This document shows, piece by piece, positions 7,827-17,327 of a stretch of 44,787 nt of DNA. The translations under genes and the position numbers were made by a program. Within the stretch, counting starts at the first letter, position 1; every line of letters begins with the position of its first letter. Under the pieces are notes generated by a model. It had not been told where the DNA came from. It was given only the letters and a program-made list of their open reading frames with translations, and did no database searches. The stretch comes from a virus (taxonomy: Duplodnaviria; Caudoviricetes), in the IMG/VR virus record IMGVR_UViG_3300037524_000256, positions 1-44,787 of that record; one strand, given 5' to 3'.

Positions 7827-8945
7827 CTATTCTAGCATAGCCACGTCGAAACGATGACGCGCAACCTCACCGAAATCTTGGTGAAATACGATGCTCGTCA
7901 TGTCGCGCCCCGCCCGGTAGCCAGCGGCATTTGCCCATGCATCGCGGGGGGCCAGGGTGCGAAATGTCTCCCACATGACGCCGGGAAGCTCCAGAACCTT
8001 GCGGTTGTGAACATGGCCCGTGAGCCAGTACCGGAACGCCGTTTTACCCCACATTTCCGGCTGATCTGCCGCCATGACCCCGGCGAGTTTTTCCGGCTTG
8101 CCTGTATCGCCGTGCGTTACGCCGATTAGCACTTTGCCGTGCTGGTGATATTGGAACTTCCCCGGAGACTGATCCACCGACACGCGGGGGTTCTGCTCAT
8201 ACAACAAGCCGAGCGCCAGCGATAGCCACAGCGAGCCAATATCCGAATGATTCCCAGGCGTGCATATGACTCGGACGCGCCGATGTTTCTCCAGTGCCCG
8301 CTCGATGACCGTCCGTAGCATCCTGACGCCTGCCCGAATCATGGCGGCATACCGAGTGTCAACGTCGAGCGTGTGCCCGCTTCGGCTCGTTTCGTTTTTC
8401 AGGTTGTCAACGTGGAAGAAGTCGCCCACATCCACGATCAGGGCTTCGTCGCTGGCTGGTGAAATATCGACAAGGTGCGTTGCCGCCGATATGAGCAACC
8501 GTTCCGCGATCTTGATGTCGTAGTCCGCGCCCGTTTCCTCGGCCCAGCTATACATTGCAACGTGAGCGTCGCCAATCGGGTACACCGTTAGAAGGTCTTT
8601 GTTGCCCTGCCTTGGCGCAGGGATCGGTTTAACGCGCTCCGTTCCAGAAAACACATCGCGGACGATTTCGGCCCACTGCTCCGGCCCCGGTTCGCCCGAC
8701 CTTTCTTTGACCCATTTCAGCTTGACGTTTCCCGCCGCGTCATACAGGGTCGAAGTCCCAGCGATGCTCGCGTGGCTTCCGTCGTAACTGGATTCGGGAA
8801 CCTCGACCCCTTCGCGTTTCAGGCGGTCAATGTGGCGGAACAGTCCTTGTGCGCTGATTCCGAGCCGCCGCGCAGCCTCCGACCGGAGGCCACGGGCGGC
8901 TTTAAGGGCGTCTAGCAGTTGCTCGTCTGAGAACTTGCGCTTCAC
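7827..8945 (-). CDS. Calcineurin-like metallophosphoesterase with N-terminal HTH
   Basis: GDAH, GDFFH, GNH, HGD, GHVH motifs; N-terminal SEAARRLGIS HTH. Confidence 0.85.
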   Translation of the reverse strand: MKRKFSDEQLLDALKAARGLRSEAARRLGISAQGLFRHIDRLKREGVEVPESSYDGSHASIAGTSTLYDAAGNVKLKWVKERSGEPGPEQWAEIVRDVFSGTERVKPIPAPRQGNKDLLTVYPIGDAHVAMYSWAEETGADYDIKIAERLLISAATHLVDISPASDEALIVDVGDFFHVDNLKNETSRSGHTLDVDTRYAAMIRAGVRMLRTVIERALEKHRRVRVICTPGNHSDIGSLWLSLALGLLYEQNPRVSVDQSPGKFQYHQHGKVLIGVTHGDTGKPEKLAGVMAADQPEMWGKTAFRYWLTGHVHNRKVLELPGVMWETFRTLAPRDAWANAAGYRAGRDMTSIVFHQDFGEVARHRFDVAMLE

Positions 8946-9084
8946 GTTTCTTGTCGCGCGGCCGGCGGGGTTGCCGGGGTTTCATGCCGGGCAGGTCGTC
9001 CAATCCCTCGTCGTCCTCATCCTCATCGAATTCGGGCTCGGGATCGCCGGGCCAGCTACGCGGCGGGGTCGCTTTCTTCTTCAT
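8902..9084 (-). CDS. Hypothetical low-complexity protein
   Basis: Fills gap in operon; acidic and basic tracts. Confidence 0.35.
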   Translation of the reverse strand: MKKKATPPRSWPGDPEPEFDEDEDDEGLDDLPGMKPRQPRRPRDKKREAQVLRRATARRP

Positions 9085-9241
9085 CGAAGTAGTCGTCTAC
9101 GAACGTGATCCCGCAGATGTAGCCTTCCTCGCTGACCATCAGTTCCTTGATGCGCGGGCAGGCGAGCGGAGTCTTGTGCGGCGACGAACCGCAGTAGAGG
9201 CAGACTTCCTCGGGCTTTTTGAACTCCCGTATTTCACCCAT
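9056..9241 (-). CDS. Small zinc-knuckle-like protein
   Basis: CLYCG..PH....CPR; start overlaps upstream stop. Confidence 0.55.
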   Translation of the reverse strand: MGEIREFKKPEEVCLYCGSSPHKTPLACPRIKELMVSEEGYICGITFVDDYFDEEESDPAA

Positions 9242-9422
9242 CGCCGGCCCCCTTCACCTTCTGGACGGTATTGGCCCCGATGTAGACCGCCACCGTCGCC
9301 ACTTGCAGCGTGACGTAGGCCGTCGAGTCGAGCTTGTCGAAGATGAGCAGTCCCGTGTAGACGAGGCCCGAGCCTACGGTCAGCAGAAAGCGCCTGCCGC
9401 CGTAACCCGACAGTGGGGTCAT
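9234..9422 (-). CDS. Putative holin (2 TM)
   Basis: GGRRFLLT...VAVYIGAN..QK pattern, two hydrophobic segments, next to endolysin. Confidence 0.65.
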   Translation of the reverse strand: MTPLSGYGGRRFLLTVGSGLVYTGLLIFDKLDSTAYVTLQVATVAVYIGANTVQKVKGAGDG

Positions 9423-9493
9423 GCCAGGATCACCAGCGCAATGACCGCCGCCCAGAGGATCAGGATGAGCGTGAACGGGTCGGGCTTTCTCAT
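9419..9493 (-). CDS. 24-aa single-TM micro-protein in lysis cassette
   Basis: MRKPDPFTLILILWAAVIALVILA*; ATGA overlaps at both ends. Confidence 0.65.
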   Translation of the reverse strand: MRKPDPFTLILILWAAVIALVILA

Positions 9494-9873
9494 GTGTACA
9501 CCTTGCGGTCCAATTCGATATGCGGGCCGTCTCTGAACTTCACCCAATCAGCTCCGGCGACAATCGACACGCCAAACTGACGCCCCGCTTCCTTGAACGC
9601 ATCAGCCACCTTGCGGTACAGGGGCCAATCCCAGCGCACCTTTCCGCCGACCAGAACCGCGAAATCAATCGCGTGCCCGGTCAGGTGGCGGCTGTTCATC
9701 GTCTTGCTTGCGCCCGCCGCTACAAGTTCTTCCTGCCGCTTCCGGGTCCGCAGCCCCTCCGTTATCACGAAGTCGAGCGGCGATAACTCAAGCGCACGAT
9801 GGACTACGCGGACCAAATCGGGATGAACCCCGCGCAGGTTGCGCAGGGATCGTTCCGAAAATTTGTGGCTCAC
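9490..9873 (-). CDS. Endolysin, M15-family peptidase (L-Ala-D-Glu type)
   Basis: EGLRT..RQ..L...G.S.TMNSRHLTGHAIDF...DGPHIEL. Confidence 0.9.
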   Translation of the reverse strand: MSHKFSERSLRNLRGVHPDLVRVVHRALELSPLDFVITEGLRTRKRQEELVAAGASKTMNSRHLTGHAIDFAVLVGGKVRWDWPLYRKVADAFKEAGRQFGVSIVAGADWVKFRDGPHIELDRKVYT

Positions 9874-10145
9874 GGGAGCATGTGCTCGATGGTCTTGAGC
9901 CGCGCCGCGAAATCGGCTTGCACCACGCGCACTTCGGCCAGTTCCTTGCGGTGTTCGTCCACCGTCTCGGTCAGTTTCTCAATAGCCGCAGTGTGGACCG
10001 CGAGAGAGTCCTTAAACCCGCGCAGCGTCTCCCTTGCCGCTATTTTGATGATCCAGCCTAAAACCGTGATGGCTGCCGTAATGAACCCGCCGACGATGGC
10101 GTTGGTAGGAACGTGAAATTGATCGTCCAATGGAGCGGTCCTCAT
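9870..10145 (-). CDS. Membrane-anchored coiled-coil protein (holin/antiholin candidate)
   Basis: Single TM plus coiled coil immediately upstream of endolysin. Confidence 0.55.
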   Translation of the reverse strand: MRTAPLDDQFHVPTNAIVGGFITAAITVLGWIIKIAARETLRGFKDSLAVHTAAIEKLTETVDEHRKELAEVRVVQADFAARLKTIEHMLP

Positions 10146-10172
10146 TGTTAGTCTTCTTATTGCAGCGCCTTA

Positions 10173-12257
10173 TCAGAGGTTGCCTCGGCTGGTCCATGTG
10201 CCGGGATTGCCTGCCGTCGTGCAGACCCATCCTCGGGCTGCGCCGACTGCGGCGCTCGCGTTCAATGCCTGATCGCCCACTGCCCAGGTGCCATCCGAGG
10301 GCGCAGCCGTGGTCGTGGTCAGCAGGAACTTGTCGCCAACGCGGTTTCCGATGTAGCCCGCCGAAATCTGCGTCGCCACGCCGATAAAGGTATTGTCGCA
10401 AGCCACCACCGTGTCGGCGGTCGATCCGCGCTGCAAGAAAATGGCCGTGTTCATTTCGCGGAACACGTTGCGGTCGATCTTGAGTTGAGCGAACGTCCGA
10501 CCGGAGGGGATGTTTGCGAACGAATAGACCCCGTAATAGAACGTGTCCGCTTCGTTGCCCTCAATCACGACCGGCGTCACGGTCGAGCCTTCAATGGTCA
10601 CAAACGCAGCCTCGCCGCTGCCCGTCGTCGTCTTATCGACGCCCCGCGCCTGACAGTTGCGGACCTTGATCGGCCTCGCCGCCGTATCGTTGTCTGCAAC
10701 GATGCGAACGCACGGCTTGGTTGCCACCAGCTTTGTGAAGTGCTCGCCGTCGATGCTGTGCCCGCCGCCCTCTGCGTCCTGCCCCGTGTGCTGGACGACG
10801 AGATCGGCCAGCGCATTGTTGCGATAGACGTTGTTGCGCAGAATGCAGTCGCTCGTCGTGCCGATGACAAGCACGCCGTGGCCCTGAGAGTCCTTGATGG
10901 TGTTGCCAACGACCTCGACGCCCGGCTTCGAGTTGTTGACCACAATGCCCGCGTTCGCGAGGTTGGAACTGCCCCGGAAATTCTCGACCACGTTCCCGAC
11001 GATCTTATCCCCCGACGCGCCGACGTTCAGGAAGATCCCGCCGCACAGCGAGTCATTCAGAAAGCCGGTTGCACTGATGTGGTTATTGGCGAAGATGTGC
11101 GTTCCGGTCGGGGTAGACGCGCCTTGCCGCACGATCCCGGTCATCGTGCTGTTGCGCACAATGTTGTTCGCGACAATGGTCCGACCGCCGGCTGATCCGC
11201 CGTAGGTCGCGATGATCCCGTGCCGCCGGCTTCCGCCGCTGGCGACCTCAGACGTGCCATCGGTCGCCACGCAGACGTTGCCGGTAATCACCGTGTCAAG
11301 GTCAGCACCGTTCGCGCCGTAGTAAATGCCGAAATCGTTGTTGGACAGGCAGTGGTTGTGCGCAATGACGCCGCGAGCGCCGGCAGTCAACGAGTACACA
11401 ACGATGTCCCCATTCAGCGACCCGTTCGCCTGTGCGCTGTACGGGTTCTGGCGGCAAATGTTGTGCGCCACCAGATAGTCGGTGCAATCACGCAACTGCA
11501 CGCCGGCACCCTGGAACCGCGAGAAGTGGCAGCGCACCACGCGCACGCGGGCGACGCCGCTGGCATATACGCCGTTGTTCTTGGTGGCCGTCGCGCCGGT
11601 TGACGTGGCGTTATCACCTTCGAGCGCAAGGTCCATGACCTGGGAGCCCGCCGACAGGATGAATACGTTCTTGTTTCTCGTTTCCTGCCGGATGATGCTG
11701 GAGGCCCCGTCTCCGCGCACTTGGCCGTTTGCGGGCACAGTGACCTCATCCGTGAGCCGGTAGCGAACGGAAGGCGTCGGGACGTAAACGTCACTGGCGA
11801 CCAGCAGCGCACGGGAAAACGCCAGCGTATCGTCGGTCGTTCCATCGCCCACGGCTCCGTAGCGGCGCACGTCGCCGGGCTTGTAACCGTAGTTCGTGGG
11901 AGTGACGGACGCTGCCGTTTCTGCCGCCGTGCGCGGGTAGATCGCTGCGCCAACCTGGTTTGCGGTCAGCGGGTAGGTGGCCGGGAGGTCGTCCACCGTG
12001 CGGATCAGGGAGCCCGCCGAGGTGAAGAAGGAAACCTTGTAGTTGCCGCCCTCGGGGTCAATGAAAACCGGGGGGAATACTCCCGCCGAGTTGGCCGTAA
12101 CGCTGGTCCCGTGCGGGGTGGCGAGGCTGGCGTCGGTGTAGACGGTCAGCCCCGTAGAAGTGCCCGCTGCAAAGAACCGGGCCACCGCCCCGGCATACGG
12201 GCGTCCCGATGAATTGACAAGGACGAATTGGGGAGGAAAGAAGGCAAATCCGCTCAT
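10173..12257 (-). CDS. Tailspike with right-handed beta-helix (putative depolymerase)
   Basis: N-terminal virion-binding domain (G.P..GA...FF.AGTST...VYTD), YGAVGDGTTDDT pectate-lyase-like start, Asn-ladder repeats. Confidence 0.85.
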   Translation of the reverse strand: MSGFAFFPPQFVLVNSSGRPYAGAVARFFAAGTSTGLTVYTDASLATPHGTSVTANSAGVFPPVFIDPEGGNYKVSFFTSAGSLIRTVDDLPATYPLTANQVGAAIYPRTAAETAASVTPTNYGYKPGDVRRYGAVGDGTTDDTLAFSRALLVASDVYVPTPSVRYRLTDEVTVPANGQVRGDGASSIIRQETRNKNVFILSAGSQVMDLALEGDNATSTGATATKNNGVYASGVARVRVVRCHFSRFQGAGVQLRDCTDYLVAHNICRQNPYSAQANGSLNGDIVVYSLTAGARGVIAHNHCLSNNDFGIYYGANGADLDTVITGNVCVATDGTSEVASGGSRRHGIIATYGGSAGGRTIVANNIVRNSTMTGIVRQGASTPTGTHIFANNHISATGFLNDSLCGGIFLNVGASGDKIVGNVVENFRGSSNLANAGIVVNNSKPGVEVVGNTIKDSQGHGVLVIGTTSDCILRNNVYRNNALADLVVQHTGQDAEGGGHSIDGEHFTKLVATKPCVRIVADNDTAARPIKVRNCQARGVDKTTTGSGEAAFVTIEGSTVTPVVIEGNEADTFYYGVYSFANIPSGRTFAQLKIDRNVFREMNTAIFLQRGSTADTVVACDNTFIGVATQISAGYIGNRVGDKFLLTTTTAAPSDGTWAVGDQALNASAAVGAARGWVCTTAGNPGTWTSRGNL

Positions 12258-12275
12258 TCGGGGTATACTCCGAAA

Positions 12276-12398
12276 ATGCGCAAAGAGGTGTTCTGGGCGC
12301 TATTTCTAGCGCCCTTCGTAAAAGTGTTCCTGGTGGACCTTTGGCTATTCCTGAGTGAGCAGGTACGCAGGCACCGTAGAGCCAAGCCCTGCCCGTGA
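12276..12398 (+). CDS. Antisense 40-aa membrane micro-protein, probably leaderless
   Basis: TATACT (12264-12269) + 6 nt + ATG; MRKEVFWALFLAPFVKVFLVDLWLFLSEQVRRHRRAKPCP*. Confidence 0.6.
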   Translation: MRKEVFWALFLAPFVKVFLVDLWLFLSEQVRRHRRAKPCP

Positions 12399-13955
12399 GG
12401 GGGCCAGCAAGGCGCTTCTGACCAAAGGCTGGCCGATGCCATGCGCCAAGTAGTTTGCTAGCCCCGGCGAATTGATAGCCCGCTGCGCGGCAAAAGGAAG
12501 GGCCGCACCTCCAAGCGCATATGCGCCGATGCCGGTCAAGTTTCCTTCCTTATAAGCCCCATATCCGCCACCAATGGCAGCCGGGGCAAGAATCTGCATT
12601 AATGCCCGTGGGGTTGTGCCGGAGTTGGGCATCTTCTCTGGAATGACGTTTTTCCCGGCTTTTGCAAGCCGCGCCAACTCAATGATTGATTTATCGCCTT
12701 TCCCGTAGACGCCGGCATAGCGATTCTTTTTCTGCCCGAATTGATTTGCGAGCTTGGCCGGCGAGATGTCTCCGGCCTCGTCAACGGCGTTTTCGATGAT
12801 CCGCATATTTCGCCACTGACGGTATCCCTCGGTCAGCAGTTCAGAGTCCTTCGGCCCCGCCGTGCGGTGGAACGACTTGTCCAAGAGGTTGCGCAGGGCG
12901 GCAGCGTGCGGCGAAACGTCCGCAACCCTTTCAGCCGCACCCAGCTCCCGCCGGATTTTCTGATAGAACTGCCCGTCCAGCTTCCCGCCGTTGGAGCGCA
13001 TGTGCTCTTGGATGTCGGAAAGCGTTCTAGCAATCTGGTTGTCCTTTCCAAGCGCCCGCGCAGCATCGGCGGCAATCGTGCGGGAGCCAGCAATTTCTGC
13101 CGGAGTTGGCGCAACCGAGTATTTCCCGAGCACATCGTCAATCTGCTTGCCGATGCGCGTATATGCCCCACCCATCGCAGCCTCGTCTGCTACGTCGGCG
13201 TTTACCCCGATCTTTTCCAGCACAGCACGATTAAAGGCACTTTTCTGGCCCTGTGCCGCCGTTCTTTGCCCGGATACCGTAAATGGGTTGTCAGTCAGTG
13301 CAGACTTGACCATGCCAAGCCGAGCAGATCCCGTGCGCTGGGCAGCGTCGAGCGGCACCCTAGCTGCTTCAAGCGTTGCCACTGACCGAGACTGCGCCGG
13401 AGTTAGCGCCTTCTGCACGGGCTGGGCAATGCGCCCAATGGCATTAAATGCGCCCTGCCCGAGCGCCGCCGCGCCACTGCTGGTGACCGTGTTAGCGAAG
13501 CGGCTGTCCGTCGTGCCGGTAGGCTGCATGAACCCCATGCCCGCGCCAATAAGCCCCGCGCCCGTCATCGTGTTCGCGCCTGGAATGAACGCTGCGCCCA
13601 CTGCCGGAACCATCGCGGCCCCGGCGTAGCCAAGTTGCCCAGCCGTGGTATCCATGACCGGATCGAGCTTGCGAACGTCCGCAATTCCCTCAAGTGTGCG
13701 CTGCTCGTCCTCTGCGCCTTCCACTCCAAACATCCCGGCCAGCCCAGCCATTAGTTGCCTACGACCGAGCGAGATGTCATTAGCGAATTTGAGAGCACCC
13801 TCGCCCGCAAGGCGAGCGCCCGACTTCCCGCGATTCGGGTTCACATACCGCTTAGACGGGCCGGTGCGATTGTCAGGCGCTTCCACATCAAACGACGCGG
13901 ATGGGTCGAAGCCGCTGCCCTCGACTTCAAACGGCTGAGTAGGGTCAAAGCTCAT
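12345..13955 (-). CDS. Internal virion/DNA ejection protein (P22 gp16-like position)
   Basis: Ala/Gly-rich helical protein, PNSGT..R motif, C-terminal hydrophobic segments. Confidence 0.7.
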   Translation of the reverse strand: MSFDPTQPFEVEGSGFDPSASFDVEAPDNRTGPSKRYVNPNRGKSGARLAGEGALKFANDISLGRRQLMAGLAGMFGVEGAEDEQRTLEGIADVRKLDPVMDTTAGQLGYAGAAMVPAVGAAFIPGANTMTGAGLIGAGMGFMQPTGTTDSRFANTVTSSGAAALGQGAFNAIGRIAQPVQKALTPAQSRSVATLEAARVPLDAAQRTGSARLGMVKSALTDNPFTVSGQRTAAQGQKSAFNRAVLEKIGVNADVADEAAMGGAYTRIGKQIDDVLGKYSVAPTPAEIAGSRTIAADAARALGKDNQIARTLSDIQEHMRSNGGKLDGQFYQKIRRELGAAERVADVSPHAAALRNLLDKSFHRTAGPKDSELLTEGYRQWRNMRIIENAVDEAGDISPAKLANQFGQKKNRYAGVYGKGDKSIIELARLAKAGKNVIPEKMPNSGTTPRALMQILAPAAIGGGYGAYKEGNLTGIGAYALGGAALPFAAQRAINSPGLANYLAHGIGQPLVRSALLAPSRAGLGSTVPAYLLTQE

Positions 13956-15031
13956 TGGAGTTCCACCGCCATGAGTTTGCCGTCACGCCCGCGCATCATC
14001 TGGTATCGCTTGCCGCCCTGCCTGACGATTTGACCCTCGCTAAATTGGCTCATCGGGTCTGCGTCGGGCTGCGGGGCGTTGCCAAAATTCGTTTGCACGG
14101 TGTCAATGCGCTTTTGCTGCGCTGCCAGCGCCCGATCAATCATCCCCCCCGCCTTTTCAAGCTGCTGCAATGCAAGTTTGTTGTCGTTCTGTACGCTTTC
14201 ACCGATTTCCGAGTTCCACGCCCTCGTCGCATCGCCTTCGGTCTGAACGCCCTTGGCAAGCAAAAGGTAGTTATTCCGCAGCTTTTCCAGCGTTTGCTTG
14301 ATGCTAGCAAACGCCCGCGAGTTTTCGTCCGAAACGCCCGCAAAGTTCCGTCCCCGTGACTCTATATTTCGGATAGCGCCAAGCTGCACATCGTCGTTCT
14401 TCAGGATCGCGATAGCGCCATCCACCAGTGCCCGCGAATCGCTCGCGGCTGCAATGGCTTGGTTGGCCTCGTCAACGATGCGGAGCGCAGAGGTTGGCAG
14501 CGGCTTAACGGGTGCGCTAGAAGGCTGGGCGGTCGGGGATGCCGGCGCAGAGGAAGGACGCGGCAGTGGCGCACGCTGCGCGGGCCGGTAAACCTCTTTC
14601 GGCCCTTGATCGGTGATCTCCACCAGCGCCCCGCCTACGGTGCGGTAGTCGGGCTTCGCCGCTTCCTGCGGCTGAATCCCAAACACCCGCTCCAGCGCAG
14701 GCGCAAGCCGCTCCGGGTTCTGCCGGAAGCTCGCCGCCGCCTGCGGGTCCATTGGCGCGACCCTGTTGAGAATCTGGATGCTTGCCTCGATGGCTCGCGG
14801 CTCTTTGGCCCGCACGCCTTCATAGATCATGCTGGCGAGCGCCTTCGTCTGCTCCTGCTCGCGCAGGCGGGTCTGCTCATCCTGCCCCGCCTGAAATCGC
14901 TGCTGCATGAGCGCGTTCTGCTGCTCATCGGCAGCAAGGGCTCGGTCGCGCTGCTTCAACGTCGCTACGCCCATGAGCGCGTTGCCGATGCCCTGACCGA
15001 GCGGAACGAATCCGTAGTCTTGAACTGCCAT
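13952..15031 (-). CDS. DNA ejection protein (gp20-like position)
   Basis: Helical; KGVQTEGDA.RA motif; between ejection genes. Confidence 0.65.
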   Translation of the reverse strand: MAVQDYGFVPLGQGIGNALMGVATLKQRDRALAADEQQNALMQQRFQAGQDEQTRLREQEQTKALASMIYEGVRAKEPRAIEASIQILNRVAPMDPQAAASFRQNPERLAPALERVFGIQPQEAAKPDYRTVGGALVEITDQGPKEVYRPAQRAPLPRPSSAPASPTAQPSSAPVKPLPTSALRIVDEANQAIAAASDSRALVDGAIAILKNDDVQLGAIRNIESRGRNFAGVSDENSRAFASIKQTLEKLRNNYLLLAKGVQTEGDATRAWNSEIGESVQNDNKLALQQLEKAGGMIDRALAAQQKRIDTVQTNFGNAPQPDADPMSQFSEGQIVRQGGKRYQMMRGRDGKLMAVELQ

Positions 15032-15032
15032 G

Positions 15033-16181
15033 TTAGCCCCCGAAGCGATAGCCAGAGGCCCACGGGCCGTAATTGGTCGTCATCGCGGGCGGGGCCTGCG
15101 CTCCGCTAAAATACCGATTCAGCAGCAGATTGCTCATGCCCGTATTGAGCGAGTTAACCGCGCCATTGATGCCGCTCACGATCCCGCTCGCCCGCGCATC
15201 GCCCATTGCCTGAGTCGCAGCGGCTCCCTGGTTCGCGAAGTTCTGGCCCGAACCAATCGCCTGAGTCGTCGCCGTCTGGTTCATGCCCGCCATGTTGAAA
15301 AGACGGTTCATGTAGTTGCCGTACTCACCGGAGGCGAGGTTCTGGTTGAACTCAGACAGCGCCCTCAATGCGTTCCCTGACGCAGCCCCGCCCCTCGCGG
15401 CAAAGCTGTTGCCGATACCGCGCTGCCCCTCATCCCGGCGAAACTGGTAATCCGGCGAGGCGAAGAACCGCGACATATCGCCCGGCTGGCCCGCAGGCCG
15501 AGGGCCGAGCCCGTTTGCGGCCATGCCCTGCGGCGTCTGCTGCGGGTTGTACGTCCAGCCCGAGCGAGCAAGCTGGTTATAGGCGAGGTTGAACCGGCCC
15601 CACTCGCCGCCCTGCGGCATCTGCCCGCTGCGCAGCGCCTGCGTAGCCAACTCCGACAGTCGCGGGTCACGAGCGCCATCCGGCGTATCGACCCACACCT
15701 CGCCCGTAATCGGGTTAATGTGCCCGCCGTAGAGGGTGCCGCCGTCCTTGCGCCCGTCGAAGTAAACCATGCCATCGCGCACGGATACCTGCGGATCGCG
15801 ACGGCCACCGAGCCCGAGCGCGTTGAGCGGATTGATCGGAATGCCGAGGATCTTCTTGTCGTACCAGTTATTGCCGCTCGCGGAGCCAATGCCCTGCACG
15901 TTGCTTCCCGGCCCGCCCGCGCCGCCCAACACCTGGTTAACGCCCTGATACCCCGGCAGCGCATAGCCGTACATCTGCGCGATGTCAGCCAGCGCCCCGT
16001 AGCCGAGCATTCGCTGCGGTTCGAGCAGTTGCAGGTTCGTGTTGTACTGCTGGCGCTGCAATTCAAGCGCATCGCGGCTGGCGTCCGTCTGCGCGTTCGC
16101 GGCGCGATTGGCCCCGTAAATCGAAGCGCCCGCGCCCAGCACGGCACTTCCGCCGATCAACAAACCAAGAGGAAGGGGCAT
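15033..16181 (-). CDS. DNA transfer/ejection protein (gp7-like)
   Basis: Hydrophobic Gly/Ala N-terminus; SPDYQFR.DEG......AARGG..SGNALRAL motif. Confidence 0.8.
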   Translation of the reverse strand: MPLPLGLLIGGSAVLGAGASIYGANRAANAQTDASRDALELQRQQYNTNLQLLEPQRMLGYGALADIAQMYGYALPGYQGVNQVLGGAGGPGSNVQGIGSASGNNWYDKKILGIPINPLNALGLGGRRDPQVSVRDGMVYFDGRKDGGTLYGGHINPITGEVWVDTPDGARDPRLSELATQALRSGQMPQGGEWGRFNLAYNQLARSGWTYNPQQTPQGMAANGLGPRPAGQPGDMSRFFASPDYQFRRDEGQRGIGNSFAARGGAASGNALRALSEFNQNLASGEYGNYMNRLFNMAGMNQTATTQAIGSGQNFANQGAAATQAMGDARASGIVSGINGAVNSLNTGMSNLLLNRYFSGAQAPPAMTTNYGPWASGYRFGG

Positions 16182-16182
16182 C

Positions 16183-16410
16183 TTATAACTCCTGCAATGC
16201 AGCCTGCGCGGCCTGCCAGTTGGTCAATGCTTGTTCAACTTCTGCGATCAGTGCGGCCTTCTCGCCCGCGACCGTCAGTGATCCATCGGCAAGCGCCGCG
16301 AGCGCCACAGTCCGAATCCTCGTGACCTGTGGAACGCCCGCGACCTCGCCGCGCAAATACAAAAAAGCCCCTTCATCGGGGCCGGTGGTTTTCGTCACCG
16401 TGACCGTCAT
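16183..16410 (-). CDS. Hypothetical virion-associated protein
   Basis: ATGA coupling at 16407-16410. Confidence 0.6.
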   Translation of the reverse strand: MTVTVTKTTGPDEGAFLYLRGEVAGVPQVTRIRTVALAALADGSLTVAGEKAALIAEVEQALTNWQAAQAALQEL

Positions 16411-17216
16411 GGAACCTCCGTCCAATCGCCCCACCCACCGCCGGGACGCCCGCCCGTTGGGGTAGATACCCGCGTCCAACTGCCGCCGGTCGTGTAGGCC
16501 GCAAACGCAGCGCCGTTTACCGCGACCGTAAAGGTATCCAGCCCCGTCACCGTCACCACGTAAGTGTTGCCGTTCAATGCCGCGAAGTCCCCCGGCATCC
16601 CTGAAAACGTCACCTGCTGGCCGTTGCTCAGGCCGTGCCCCGCCGAGGTGATCGCTATGGGGCTGGCCGAAGTCGCCGCCGTGATGTTCCCGGAGGTGGA
16701 CGAAATCGCTGTGGTAATCGCGCCGACGTAATAGCGCCCGTTCGACGCTACGACCGTCTGCTGGCTCGTGGTGGCCGTGTAGGCAACCGCGCCGCCCTCG
16801 TAATCAGGATCGTCGGCATAGACAAAGTACGAAACCGCCGGGGTCAGCCCCGAGATGGTCCCGCCGTTGTAACTCACCGTACCGAAGCCATAGCGCACCG
16901 TATGCGCCGCCACGGTAATGCTTGCCGTGGTCGGGGAGCCCACGGAGGTCAACGGGTTCGCGCTTTGTGCGCTCAGTCTGTTTCCGGCGTTGACGATGGG
17001 CAGCGTGCGCTGGTCGGCCACCTTCGCGTCTACGCCAATCGTCGCCGCGCCCGCAGAGTCAACCACGAACGCTGAGGCGAAATCATTTTGCGGATTGCGC
17101 GGGTCGAACCGCGCCAGGATCTCGCGGAACGTCAGTTCAAGATACGGCGCAAGGGCTTCCCAACTCACCTGTCCCGCTGGCGTGCGGGGGAGTGGAACCT
17201 TGCGAACGTCGGTCAT
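16407..17216 (-). CDS. Tail needle/fibre-like protein with FCCH-like beta domain
   Basis: ITAAT.ASPIAITSAGHGLSNGQQVTFSG..G...LNGNTYVVTV...DTFTV; Thr/Gly-rich. Confidence 0.6.
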   Translation of the reverse strand: MTDVRKVPLPRTPAGQVSWEALAPYLELTFREILARFDPRNPQNDFASAFVVDSAGAATIGVDAKVADQRTLPIVNAGNRLSAQSANPLTSVGSPTTASITVAAHTVRYGFGTVSYNGGTISGLTPAVSYFVYADDPDYEGGAVAYTATTSQQTVVASNGRYYVGAITTAISSTSGNITAATSASPIAITSAGHGLSNGQQVTFSGMPGDFAALNGNTYVVTVTGLDTFTVAVNGAAFAAYTTGGSWTRVSTPTGGRPGGGWGDWTEVP

Positions 17217-17311
17217 TTACGCTTCCTTCGCGGGGACGTGATGGCTGCGGCGTACAGCAGTATCGAAATACCAGCCAGAAAGCCAGCCATAAAAATCCCA
17301 AGTTCCAGCAT
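17213..17311 (-). CDS. 32-aa single-TM micro-protein
   Basis: MLELGIFMAGFLAGISILLYAAAITSPRRKRK*; stop overlaps ATG of next gene (ATGA). Confidence 0.55.
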   Translation of the reverse strand: MLELGIFMAGFLAGISILLYAAAITSPRRKRK

Positions 17312-17327
17312 GTGCTAAAATCGCCCC

